Source of the DNA: an uncultured Thiotrichaceae bacterium
GTDB taxonomy: Bacteria; Pseudomonadota; Gammaproteobacteria; SZUA-229
DNA length: 64,000 nucleotides
Assembly (NCBI GenBank): GCA_964531165.1
Contig: CAZHEA010000003.1
Span: 13,048-77,047, forward strand
Direction: 5' to 3'
Below, piece by piece: positions 8,245 through 17,133 of this stretch. The translations under genes and the position numbers were made by a program. Positions within the stretch are counted from its first letter, which is position 1; every line of letters begins with the position of its first letter. The notes beneath the pieces are model-generated. The model worked only from the letters and a program-made list of their open reading frames with translations, made no database searches and was not told where the DNA came from.

Positions 8245-9393
8245 TTAGCTTTTGATGGCTTTCAATATAACAAACTTTTTATTACTGGCAATCATCTCGC
8301 ATTTACCAAATAGTTTTTTAAGTTTGATATGATAGCCGAGGTGGCGATTACCAACAATAATGAATTCGCCGCCGGTTTTTAACTTTTGTCTGGCTTCAGT
8401 AAACATTTGCCATGCGATAAAATCACCGACTACGTGGTTCTGATGAAAGGGCGGGTTATTTAAAATTAGATCCTGCGAACTGTCGTCAATTCCCTGCAGG
8501 CAATCGGAAACTTTAAACTCGCAGTGTGTGCTTTTTTTGAGGATGTTTTTAGCATTTATTCTGGCGGATTCAACAGCCATATAAGACTCATCAACAAAGC
8601 ACAGATCAGCATGCGGGTTGGCTTTAGCGGCGGCAATACCGAGCACACCATTACCGCATGCCAGATCAAGTATATGGGAATAGTTGTCTGTTGTCGGGAT
8701 ATGTTGCAGCAAGAATCGACTGCCTATATCCAGTTTGTCTCTTGAAAATACATTTGCATGATTATAATAAATTTCTTCGTTATCACCTAAAGTATAGTGG
8801 CTTGGGTAGGGCGAGTTGTCGGCACTAATTGAGCTATCCAATTCACTGAATACCAGACGGGCTTTTTTGCGCGCTAAAGACGTTGTCGTCGTTCCGATAA
8901 TGCGTTCAAATAATTTTAGTGTTGAAGTGTGAATATGTTTGCTCATGGCAGCAGAAATGATGCAGGTTTCTTCATTGCAATATTTGCGTATGCGATGTAG
9001 CTGATCTTCAAGCATGGCTAAATTTTTGGGTATTTTTATAATAACCAGGTCGTAAGTATCGCTTAAAGGCTCAAAACAGTTTTTCTGAGCAACCGTATCA
9101 GTGTCGATATTGTTTAAGGCTAAGTTAATAGTCAGAGCCTGTTGTGACAGAAATGAATCGGATACCGATGTTGGCGAGTATTCTGATAATGCTGTACTCA
9201 GTGCACCAAATGCATCGTTTAGAATAAGCAATCGGGACTGAGCGTTTAATTTGAGCTTGTTTTCCTGTTGCAATGTCTCCAGTTGCATAAGAATGTAGTC
9301 ATCCGCCGCATCCCAGGCCCGTAACTGTTTGTCTTTGGCTACTGGGTAACGCTCGAGTTTGAAGTCGCCGCGATGGCTGGTGAATGTTTGCAT
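8245..9393 (-). CDS. rlmG: 23S rRNA (guanine-N2)-methyltransferase RlmG-like
   Basis: Two-domain RsmC/RlmG architecture of 382 aa. SAM motif ILDLACGNGVLG and catalytic LILNNPPFH. Confidence 0.8.
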   Translation of the reverse strand: MQTFTSHRGDFKLERYPVAKDKQLRAWDAADDYILMQLETLQQENKLKLNAQSRLLILNDAFGALSTALSEYSPTSVSDSFLSQQALTINLALNNIDTDTVAQKNCFEPLSDTYDLVIIKIPKNLAMLEDQLHRIRKYCNEETCIISAAMSKHIHTSTLKLFERIIGTTTTSLARKKARLVFSELDSSISADNSPYPSHYTLGDNEEIYYNHANVFSRDKLDIGSRFLLQHIPTTDNYSHILDLACGNGVLGIAAAKANPHADLCFVDESYMAVESARINAKNILKKSTHCEFKVSDCLQGIDDSSQDLILNNPPFHQNHVVGDFIAWQMFTEARQKLKTGGEFIIVGNRHLGYHIKLKKLFGKCEMIASNKKFVILKAIKS

Positions 9394-9510
9394 CTGTATT
9401 TAACCTGAATGGAATTGCAGTAGTTTAGCAAATTACGCGACTATTATATATTTGTAATTGCTATAAAGAGTCATTAAACTCATTTTAATTATATTTTATA
9501 CGGTCATGTT

Positions 9511-11091
9511 TTGTTATTAATTCCATATAGTGCAGCTTTATCATTCAGAAAGCGTCCTTTTGTCACTTATGCCATCGTGCTGTTATGTCTGTTTGTTTAT
9601 TATGCTCAGTTTAATAATAATATAAAAATCAATCATGCGGTTGATGGTTATTGTAATGCGATGGAGTTTAGTACCAGTGAAACAACATTGGATTTCATCG
9701 GTATAAATAAACAACGGTGTGTTGACTATTTGACTCTATTGCATGAGCGATATGAGCATGGTGTGCTGGAAATTATTTTACAGGAGATTAGAGATAAATC
9801 TGAAAAATATTATTCAGAGCCTCAGCTAGTCGAAGTAAGTAAAAATTTTGTACGTCATCTAACGGCTTTTCGTAAACATGCACCTGCCAGTCTTGATGGT
9901 GCATTTATGAATTTTCCGAATGAGTTTAATCCGCTAACAATGCTGACGTCATCGATAGCACATGCAAGCTGGAGTCATGTGATATTTAATTTAATATTTT
10001 TTATGGCTTTTGCGCCAGCTGTTGAAACCATTATTAATAATCGATTGAAGTTTGTTGCGGTTCTGATTGGTATCGCTGTCGTCACATCCATTGCTTATTC
10101 TGTTACGGTTTTTTTGTCGCGATCTTATCCTGCGCCTACTCTGGGGTTATCGGGGGTGGTTATGGCAATGATTGGAATGTCCGCTTATTTAATGCCGCAT
10201 GCAAAAATCAGAGTGTTTTTCTGGTTTTTTACGTTGATAAGGACTTTTCATGTCTCAGCCTGGATTCTGGCTGCGTGGTATATCGGCTGGGATGCATTGG
10301 ATATGCTTTTTAGTGATGATTATGGTGGAACCAATCTTGTTGCCCATGTTAGTGGTGGTGTGTGCGGATATTTAATCGCTTATTTTTATTTAAAAGACCG
10401 CCGTGATGAGGTTAAGGACGAACTGGCTGATGAAGTTGAGTATATACGTTCAAGTCGAACGGTCGGTTCTTTTGATGCGACCTATAGTGGTGGACGAACA
10501 GAAATACACAATAAAATGCAACAGAAACAGTTCACCCAGGACTATGATGCGTATATTTCCAGAGTACATCGGCTGGTACGTATCAATCAGCACTCACAGG
10601 CTATCGCCTTAATTACGGATGACTATGAGTTACAGTCTGCTAGTGTAGAAATTTATCAGCAGCTGTTTTATAAGATACAGCAATGGGGCGACTCGAAGAC
10701 GCTGTTATGTGTCGGTCGCCTGTTAATTAATCTGCTGATTGAAAATAGAAAATATGCCAGAGCATTGATGTTTGTTGAGTTATGTCAGCAGGTAACAGCC
10801 GATTTTGTAGTGGCAGATCCAGTGCATGTTATGTTGCTGGCACGTATGGCGCGTGATAATAAACAATATAAAATATCCCTCCAACTGGTGTCCAAATCTT
10901 TTGAACGTTATGGCGATGCGGTGGATAGTGAACAGGCCAGCCTGTTTGAAGTTGAGTTACTCTGGCATTTTTTAAATCTGCCTGATCAGGCCAATGCCAG
11001 AATGAAAGTGTTACTGGCGACAGCTGGTGGTGATTTTAAAGTAAGTTTGTTGAATCTGGCTAAATTGATGCAGGTTGATGCAGAAAAATAA
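9511..11091 (+). CDS. rhomboid family intramembrane serine protease with about 230-aa C-terminal soluble helical domain
   Basis: HASWSHVIFNLIFF, GLSGVVMAMIG (GxSG) and AHVSGGVCGY (catalytic His). The TTG start is required because there is no in-frame ATG for about 50 codons. Confidence 0.8.
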   Translation: MLLIPYSAALSFRKRPFVTYAIVLLCLFVYYAQFNNNIKINHAVDGYCNAMEFSTSETTLDFIGINKQRCVDYLTLLHERYEHGVLEIILQEIRDKSEKYYSEPQLVEVSKNFVRHLTAFRKHAPASLDGAFMNFPNEFNPLTMLTSSIAHASWSHVIFNLIFFMAFAPAVETIINNRLKFVAVLIGIAVVTSIAYSVTVFLSRSYPAPTLGLSGVVMAMIGMSAYLMPHAKIRVFFWFFTLIRTFHVSAWILAAWYIGWDALDMLFSDDYGGTNLVAHVSGGVCGYLIAYFYLKDRRDEVKDELADEVEYIRSSRTVGSFDATYSGGRTEIHNKMQQKQFTQDYDAYISRVHRLVRINQHSQAIALITDDYELQSASVEIYQQLFYKIQQWGDSKTLLCVGRLLINLLIENRKYARALMFVELCQQVTADFVVADPVHVMLLARMARDNKQYKISLQLVSKSFERYGDAVDSEQASLFEVELLWHFLNLPDQANARMKVLLATAGGDFKVSLLNLAKLMQVDAEK

Positions 11092-11102
11092 GTCAGAAAT
11101 TT

Positions 11103-11144
11103 AAGTAGTGATAGTTTTATATGGGCTTGTCAGCACTACTTTTG
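11103..11144 (+). terminator. possible terminator after the rhomboid gene
   Basis: aagtagtg (11103-11110) pairs with cactactt (11134-11141) and is followed by a short T run. The 23-nt loop makes it weak. Confidence 0.35.
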
Positions 11145-11275
11145 TAATAATATACAGTATGTGATTAACTTATTATAAAAATGGTCTAATAAACGCTATA
11201 ATTTCTCTGTCAGTTATCAGGTATTAAATCAATATTTAATTATCTGCTCTAGCGTTGACATATATTGAAAGGTAA

Positions 11276-11635
11276 ATGAGTGTGATTAAATTAAAGCATA
11301 TCGTAAATGGTGTTGTAATTTCAGATATCGAGATTACCGAAGGTGAGTATACGATTGGCAGAGGAAATGATAATAGTCTGCAGTTAGATGAGGGAGTGGT
11401 TAGCACACATCATGCGAAATTCTTGATTGAGCGTAGTCCTTATATGGACTCAATTTATGATATAACCCTGGAAGATCTTAACAGTACTAATGGAATTTAT
11501 GTCAATGGTAAGCGTATTACCAATCAACGCCTTAACCACAGTGATCAGATACGAATCGGGACCCATGAGTTTAAAATTTATGATCCGGCATCAGGTATTG
11601 GAACGCAGACAGAATTTTATATACCCGATGAGTAG
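11276..11635 (+). CDS. stand-alone FHA domain protein
   Basis: YTIGRGNDNSLQL ... VSTHHAKF ... LNSTNGIYVNGKRI matches the FHA core (G-R, S-xx-H, N-G). Confidence 0.85.
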   Translation: MSVIKLKHIVNGVVISDIEITEGEYTIGRGNDNSLQLDEGVVSTHHAKFLIERSPYMDSIYDITLEDLNSTNGIYVNGKRITNQRLNHSDQIRIGTHEFKIYDPASGIGTQTEFYIPDE

Positions 11636-11700
11636 CTGTCACTTTATGAGTAGTTGCAATCCTTAACAACCATCAGCCTGTACGATCAAAAGAAGTCCAT

Positions 11701-12558
11701 ATGCATACAGCTCAAAGCCTGGTAAAAGAATCAGTTGAACTGGTATCCCTGCCCGATGTGTATATCCGCTTAAGAAGCGTGATTAATTCTCCGCATACAT
11801 CGATGTCCGATGTGGCGCAAATTCTGGTACATGACCCGGCAATTACAGCACGATTATTAAAACTGGTTAATAGCCCGTTTTATGGCCTGGTATCTAAAGT
11901 CGACACCATGACCCATGCGATTAATTTACTGGGTACACAACAGGTACACGACCTGGTGCTGGCAACGGTGGTTATAGATAGCTTTTCCGGCTTCAGCAAT
12001 GATTCCCTGAATATCTACGATTTCTGGTTTAACGGTGTGTATTGTGCTGTTAGTGCACGATTACTGGCTTATCATTGTGACAATATTGATACTGAAAGGC
12101 CGTTTATAGCTGGATTGTTACATAATATTGGTCATCTGGTGATGTTTCAAAAATTACCCGCGCTGTGTGTTGAGAGCGCACAACTTGCCAGCCAGCAAGA
12201 TATAGAGCTATATATTGCAGAGCGCTCTGTGCTGGGTTTTGACTATGCACAGGTCGGTGCTGAGTTAATGCGTGAGTGGATGTTGCCTGATAGCTTGCAA
12301 AATATCACTGAATTTCATAATGAGCCGGCGAAGGCGCCACAGTTCAGGCAGGAAACGGCGATTATCCATATTGCTACTGCCATCACCCGCAATGCTATTG
12401 CTGACATTGCTATCAGCGAAGATACATTGAAAATCAATCCGCTTTGCTGGCAGCTAACCGGGCTGGATGTCAATCACATGACAGACATCAAAAAAGACGT
12501 TGATCAGCAGGCTTCGCAGGTAATGAACCTGTTATTTACCCATAAAAAGAGTGCCTGA
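11701..12558 (+). CDS. HDOD domain signalling protein
   Basis: VHDPAITARLLKLVNSPFYG and LLHNIGHLVM are typical HDOD motifs. Confidence 0.85.
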   Translation: MHTAQSLVKESVELVSLPDVYIRLRSVINSPHTSMSDVAQILVHDPAITARLLKLVNSPFYGLVSKVDTMTHAINLLGTQQVHDLVLATVVIDSFSGFSNDSLNIYDFWFNGVYCAVSARLLAYHCDNIDTERPFIAGLLHNIGHLVMFQKLPALCVESAQLASQQDIELYIAERSVLGFDYAQVGAELMREWMLPDSLQNITEFHNEPAKAPQFRQETAIIHIATAITRNAIADIAISEDTLKINPLCWQLTGLDVNHMTDIKKDVDQQASQVMNLLFTHKKSA

Positions 12559-12662
12559 TTGTGCAGTCTCAAACCCGACTATTTTCTAATTTGTCTCAAT
12601 TCCAGTATATTCATATAAATATAGTCATTTCTTCTGACGCTTAAGTAAGGTATAACAGCGCC

Positions 12663-13520
12663 ATGAAAACCCCTAAACGATTACAGCCGCTAGTTGAAGA
12701 TGGCCTTATTGATGAGGTCATGTATCAGCTGATGAGCGGCAAGGAAGCAACCGTATACGTTGTGCGTTGCGGTTCTGAGATGCGTTGTGCAAAAGTCTAT
12801 AAACAGGCGAACCAGCGTAGCTTCAAAAAAGCCTCTCAATATCAGGAAGGTCGAAAGGTACGTAATAGTCGCCGTGCCAGAGCCATGACACGGGGCTCAA
12901 AATATGGTCGTCATGAGCAGGAGCAAACCTGGCAAACCGCTGAGGTAGATGCCTTATATCGTCTGGCCAATGCCGGGGTGCGTGTACCTGAGCCTTATGG
13001 CTGTATTGATGGTGTGCTATTGATGGAATTAATTACGGATGCAGACGGCAATGCTGCACCACGCCTCGGTGATGTTGAAATGTCATCGGAGCAGGCGCTA
13101 CAGGACCATGCCATGGTGATGCAATACATTACTCGCATGCTGTGTGCCGGCATTGTGCATGGCGACTTATCTGAATTTAATGTGCTGGTTGATGAAAACG
13201 GGCCGGTGATCATTGATCTGCCGCAGGCGGTGGATGCGGCTGGAAATAATCATGCACAGGCAATGTTAAGTCGTGATGTTGATAATATCAGTCGCTATTA
13301 TGGTGAATTTGCCTCGCAGCTGAATTCAAGCCGTTATGCTGAGGAAATTTGGGAGCTATATGAAAACGGTGATCTACAGCCGGAAAGTGAGCTTAGCGGA
13401 TTGTTTGAAGAGTCTGATCAGGCGGCGGATGTGGATACTGTGCTGCAGGAAATAAAAGCGGCCTGGGAAGAAGAGCAGGAGCGGTTAGAGCGCATTAATG
13501 GCGATCAGGCACCGGTTTAA
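12663..13520 (+). CDS. RIO1-family atypical serine protein kinase
   Basis: GKEATVYVV (P-loop-like), CAKVYK (Lys), VHGDLSEFNVLV (catalytic loop) and IIDLPQAV (metal-binding loop), followed by an acidic C-terminal tail. Confidence 0.85.
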   Translation: MKTPKRLQPLVEDGLIDEVMYQLMSGKEATVYVVRCGSEMRCAKVYKQANQRSFKKASQYQEGRKVRNSRRARAMTRGSKYGRHEQEQTWQTAEVDALYRLANAGVRVPEPYGCIDGVLLMELITDADGNAAPRLGDVEMSSEQALQDHAMVMQYITRMLCAGIVHGDLSEFNVLVDENGPVIIDLPQAVDAAGNNHAQAMLSRDVDNISRYYGEFASQLNSSRYAEEIWELYENGDLQPESELSGLFEESDQAADVDTVLQEIKAAWEEEQERLERINGDQAPV

Positions 13521-14047
13521 TGGTGAGTACAAAACCGCATAGTGTCAGAATTGGTCTAATCAATCCGAAGAGCCCGGATAATGTTAATTCGGTTATGCGC
13601 GCAGCGGCTAATTATGCGGTTGATGCGGTGTTTTACAGTGGTAGCCGATATCAGCGTGCGCTTGAATTTTCCAGCAAAATACCGAATATCAGTCGTAGCC
13701 TTTGCCGGGATATTCCAAAGAGCCCGGTTGATGATATGACAGATCAGTTATCTGAAAATATGCAAATGGTCTGCGTAGAGTTTGCTGAAGATGCAATATC
13801 TTTACCCGAATATCAACACCCGGAAAAAGCACTGTATGTTTTTGGGCCGGAAGATGGCAGTATTTCACAGGACATTATCGACCATGCTGATGCGGTTATT
13901 TATATTCCAACGCACGGCTGTATGAATTTAGCAGCAACCGTTAATGTATTGTTATATGACCGGCTTGCCAAAGCGCAGCGTAGTTTGGCGGGTAATGGAT
14001 TAATTCGTGAAAGTCGTGATGTTAATAATAATTTAAAGGTGCGTTAA
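13520..14047 (+). CDS. SpoU/TrmH-family (SPOUT) RNA 2'-O-methyltransferase
   Basis: LYVFGPEDGSI and IYIPTHGCMNLAATVNVLLYD are SPOUT knot motifs. There is a TAATG 1-nt overlap with the RIO kinase gene. Confidence 0.8.
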   Translation: MVSTKPHSVRIGLINPKSPDNVNSVMRAAANYAVDAVFYSGSRYQRALEFSSKIPNISRSLCRDIPKSPVDDMTDQLSENMQMVCVEFAEDAISLPEYQHPEKALYVFGPEDGSISQDIIDHADAVIYIPTHGCMNLAATVNVLLYDRLAKAQRSLAGNGLIRESRDVNNNLKVR

Positions 14048-14050
14048 TTA

Positions 14051-14100
14051 GCATTTATTTAAATATAGTGTATTTGTCGTATTTATATATAAATATAGAG
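14051..14100. promoter_or_regulatory. two direct repeats (atttat..taaatatag) spaced 30 bp, upstream of the 14163 gene
   Basis: taaatatag occurs at 14060-14068 and 14090-14098. Each copy is preceded by atttat. Confidence 0.3.
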
Positions 14101-14162
14101 AGAAACACGCTGTTCCGTTAAGGACGCAATATTTAAGTTAACGGCGCAGCCGTGATAAATAG

Positions 14163-14765
14163 ATGAAACCATATTCGTGTTCTGAGATGATATATTCCAT
14201 GATGAAATATTTTAAACGTTATTTGATGATTATAACTTTTTTGTTAACGGTTAGTGCGTTCAATTTACATGCGGCAACTGAAAATAAAAATATTTATAGT
14301 GATGATGATATTTATTTGCGCTTTATACAGTTAACGCCACATCAGATTGCATCGTTTTATGAAGGCCGTGAATTTTCTAAAGCTGCCGTCGATAAGCTTA
14401 CCGCTTCCTGCTATGTCACCGTTATTATAAAAAATAAGTCAGATACTTTTTTGTGGGTTGATATTGCTGAATGGAAGTTCATTGCAAACGGTAAAAATAT
14501 ACTGCAGCAGGATAGATCGTACTGGGATAAACAGTGGGATGAAATTGGTTTGAAGCAGGCACATCGTTCAACCTTTAACTGGACGTTGATGCCAGCGGTG
14601 CGGGATCTTTATCCGCAGGAGGAGGTTGGTGGGCGGATACCGATTGCAATGCAAAACGAACCGTTTACCGTGGTTTTGAATTTCCCTACAGGTGAGAATA
14701 GGCAAGGTAAGTTAAAAACAGTGACGATGGAAAATGTTGTCTGTAAACAGGACGAAAGCAATTAA
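14163..14765 (+). CDS. secreted hypothetical protein
   Basis: Signal peptide MMKYFKRYLMIITFLLTVSAFNLHA. The real start is more likely ATG 14199 or 14202. I recognise no family. Confidence 0.6.
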   Translation: MKPYSCSEMIYSMMKYFKRYLMIITFLLTVSAFNLHAATENKNIYSDDDIYLRFIQLTPHQIASFYEGREFSKAAVDKLTASCYVTVIIKNKSDTFLWVDIAEWKFIANGKNILQQDRSYWDKQWDEIGLKQAHRSTFNWTLMPAVRDLYPQEEVGGRIPIAMQNEPFTVVLNFPTGENRQGKLKTVTMENVVCKQDESN

Positions 14766-14786
14766 ATTCTAATAAAGCTATCTATT

Positions 14787-15335
14787 ATGAAACTAAACAC
14801 ATTACTCTTTATAACGTTACTGATTTTTTTAAATCAGGCTATTGCTCAAAAAAATGTTCCCAAGGGAAGTCTTTCCCAGCAAAACCTTCCCCATGGCATC
14901 ATTAAGCAGGATGGACGCAGTGCACCGACATTTAAACTCAATGATATTGATGGCGAGCCCTATCGTTTTGAAAGTTCAAAAGGCAAGTGGTCTTTTGTGC
15001 ATTTCTGGGCCACCTGGTGCGGGCCGTGCCGCAAGGAAATTCCGACGATACAGGCGATAATTAAAAAATTCGAGAACACAAATCTTGATATTATTATTAT
15101 TAATACCGCTGAATCGGAAGATGCGGTATTTAATTTCTTAGGGTTGTTAGCTCCGGACATTAATCCGTTAATGGATGTCGACGGGCTGGTAACTGAAAAA
15201 TGGCAGCCTAGAGGATTGCCGGCAACGTATTTTGTTGACCCGCAGGGTAAGATTCGTTATCTGGCACTGGGCGGTCGTCCATGGGACAGAGATGAATATC
15301 TTGAGTTTTTAAATGGCTTGAAAAATAATCGCTGA
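14787..15335 (+). CDS. periplasmic TlpA-like thiol:disulfide oxidoreductase (thioredoxin fold)
   Basis: Signal peptide plus the active site WATWCGPC. Confidence 0.85.
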   Translation: MKLNTLLFITLLIFLNQAIAQKNVPKGSLSQQNLPHGIIKQDGRSAPTFKLNDIDGEPYRFESSKGKWSFVHFWATWCGPCRKEIPTIQAIIKKFENTNLDIIIINTAESEDAVFNFLGLLAPDINPLMDVDGLVTEKWQPRGLPATYFVDPQGKIRYLALGGRPWDRDEYLEFLNGLKNNR

Positions 15336-15358
15336 AGATATTTTTTACATATATTGCT

Positions 15359-15392
15359 GTCGGTGCTATTTTATTCGCACCGACCATTTTTT
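15359..15392 (+). terminator. rho-independent terminator after the TlpA-like gene
   Basis: gtcggtgc (15359-15366), a 10-nt loop, gcaccgac (15377-15384), then cattttttt-like T run (catttttt, 15385-15392). Confidence 0.8.
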
Positions 15393-15458
15393 AATGGTGT
15401 CCTTTTAAACTGGCTTATAAGTGCTGTGCCATCAGCTGTCAGGTAGAGCTAAGTAAAT

Positions 15459-17042
15459 ATGACAGTAATGTTATCCACAATTAAAATTATCGTTTTATTC
15501 ATAACACTATTTATGGTTCTACTGATACAGGGCTGTAACTATCCCAGGGATAATAATTCGAATGCGCCTTTACCATTAATTGAAAGCACTATTGCTGACG
15601 TGCATTCTGCAATTGAAAACAATCAGTACAGTTGTGAAAAAATTACACGTGCATTTATTAATCGAATTAAATATTATAAGAATAATTCTAATCTGAACGC
15701 GGTTATTCTGTTAAATAAAAATGCCTTAACTAAGGCAAAAATGCTTGATCAGGAATTTCAACAAACCCATAAGTTAAGAGCACTTCATTGTATCCCGGTA
15801 GCATTAAAAGATAATTTTGATACTGCAGATATGCCAACGGAAGCCGGCTCTATCGCTTTAAAAGGCTCGCTGCCAAACGATGATGCTTTTATGGTTAAAC
15901 GTTTACGTGAAGCCGGTGCCATTATTATTGCAAAAACCAATATGGGGGAGTGGGCGTTTAGTCCGCTTAACACCATTAGCTCAACCCACGGTGAAACACG
16001 CAATGCCTACAATTCTGATTATGTTCCTGCGGGTTCCAGTGGTGGAACTGCGTCAGCCATTGCCGCAAGTTATGCCATTATTGGCATGGGAACAGATACC
16101 GGTAATTCAATTCGCGGCCCTGCTTCGCATCTTGCATTAGTGGGTATGCGTTCAACCATTGGATTGACCAGCCGTGATGGTGTTGTGCCGTTGCTGCTTA
16201 ACCGGGATGTTGCCGGCCCTTTAACCCGTAATGTTACAGACGCGGCAAAAACATTTAGCGTTATTGCCGGATATGATGTTGCGGACCCGATTACACATAA
16301 TGCACATGCACAACAGAAAGTTGATTACACAACTTATTTGAATAAAAATGCTTTGCAGGGTGTCAGATTGGGTGTTATCCGGCAAATGTATGAAACTGAG
16401 CTGGCTGATTTTGAAGTGATGGATTTAATGGAACAGGCGATTATAGATCTTAAATCTGCCGGTGCGGTTATTATCGATCCATTTGAAATTAAAAACTTTG
16501 TAAAGCTCAGTAACGCCACAGGTTTCTGTAGCCGCTTTAGATATGACCTGAATCATTATTTAATCAGCAGTCATATTAAACCGCTAAAGCGCTTTCAGGA
16601 CATAGTGGATCAAAACAGGTTTAATGCGCGTAATACCGATAATATGCATTGGGCGGCATCAATAACGCAGGTGCCAGAAAATATGCAGCCACCCTGTATC
16701 GATGTACAGGGTGATCCGCGGCGAAAACAGTTTCTCGATGCGGTTGTTGGCGCCATGAATACACAGCATCTGGATGCAATTATCTATCCTAGCTGGAGTA
16801 ATCCGCCGCTAAAAATTGCTGATACTACAAGTCCACATGGCAATAACAGTCCGATAATTGCACCGCATAGCGGACAACCGGCGATTACAGTACCGATGGG
16901 CTTTACTAGTGGAAACTTGCCAGCGGGTTTACAGTTTCTGGCGCGGCCCTACGACGATGCAAAATTATTTGGCTATGCTTATGCTTATGAGCAAATAACT
17001 CAGCATCGCAAACCGCCGATATTGTTTCCAGCCATTCAATAG
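15459..17042 (+). CDS. amidase-signature family amidase, probable lipoprotein
   Basis: AS motif GSSGGTASAIAA with an upstream K/S region. Lipobox LLIQGC follows the N-terminal hydrophobic helix. Confidence 0.85.
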   Translation: MTVMLSTIKIIVLFITLFMVLLIQGCNYPRDNNSNAPLPLIESTIADVHSAIENNQYSCEKITRAFINRIKYYKNNSNLNAVILLNKNALTKAKMLDQEFQQTHKLRALHCIPVALKDNFDTADMPTEAGSIALKGSLPNDDAFMVKRLREAGAIIIAKTNMGEWAFSPLNTISSTHGETRNAYNSDYVPAGSSGGTASAIAASYAIIGMGTDTGNSIRGPASHLALVGMRSTIGLTSRDGVVPLLLNRDVAGPLTRNVTDAAKTFSVIAGYDVADPITHNAHAQQKVDYTTYLNKNALQGVRLGVIRQMYETELADFEVMDLMEQAIIDLKSAGAVIIDPFEIKNFVKLSNATGFCSRFRYDLNHYLISSHIKPLKRFQDIVDQNRFNARNTDNMHWAASITQVPENMQPPCIDVQGDPRRKQFLDAVVGAMNTQHLDAIIYPSWSNPPLKIADTTSPHGNNSPIIAPHSGQPAITVPMGFTSGNLPAGLQFLARPYDDAKLFGYAYAYEQITQHRKPPILFPAIQ

Positions 17043-17133
17043 TCTGTTAATTCAGCGTAAACAATGATTACGCCGCCTGTTGAATTCATTTATAATTCAG
17101 CTTTAGTGTGTATAACTGCTTTTAGGAATTTAG

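Noticed and set aside
7445-9393. Nuclease plus methyltransferase as a restriction-modification pair
   Set aside because: The genes are convergent and 368 nt apart. The nuclease is a signal-peptide-bearing SNase-type secreted enzyme. The methyltransferase has the RsmC/RlmG rRNA N2-guanine architecture (NPPFH).
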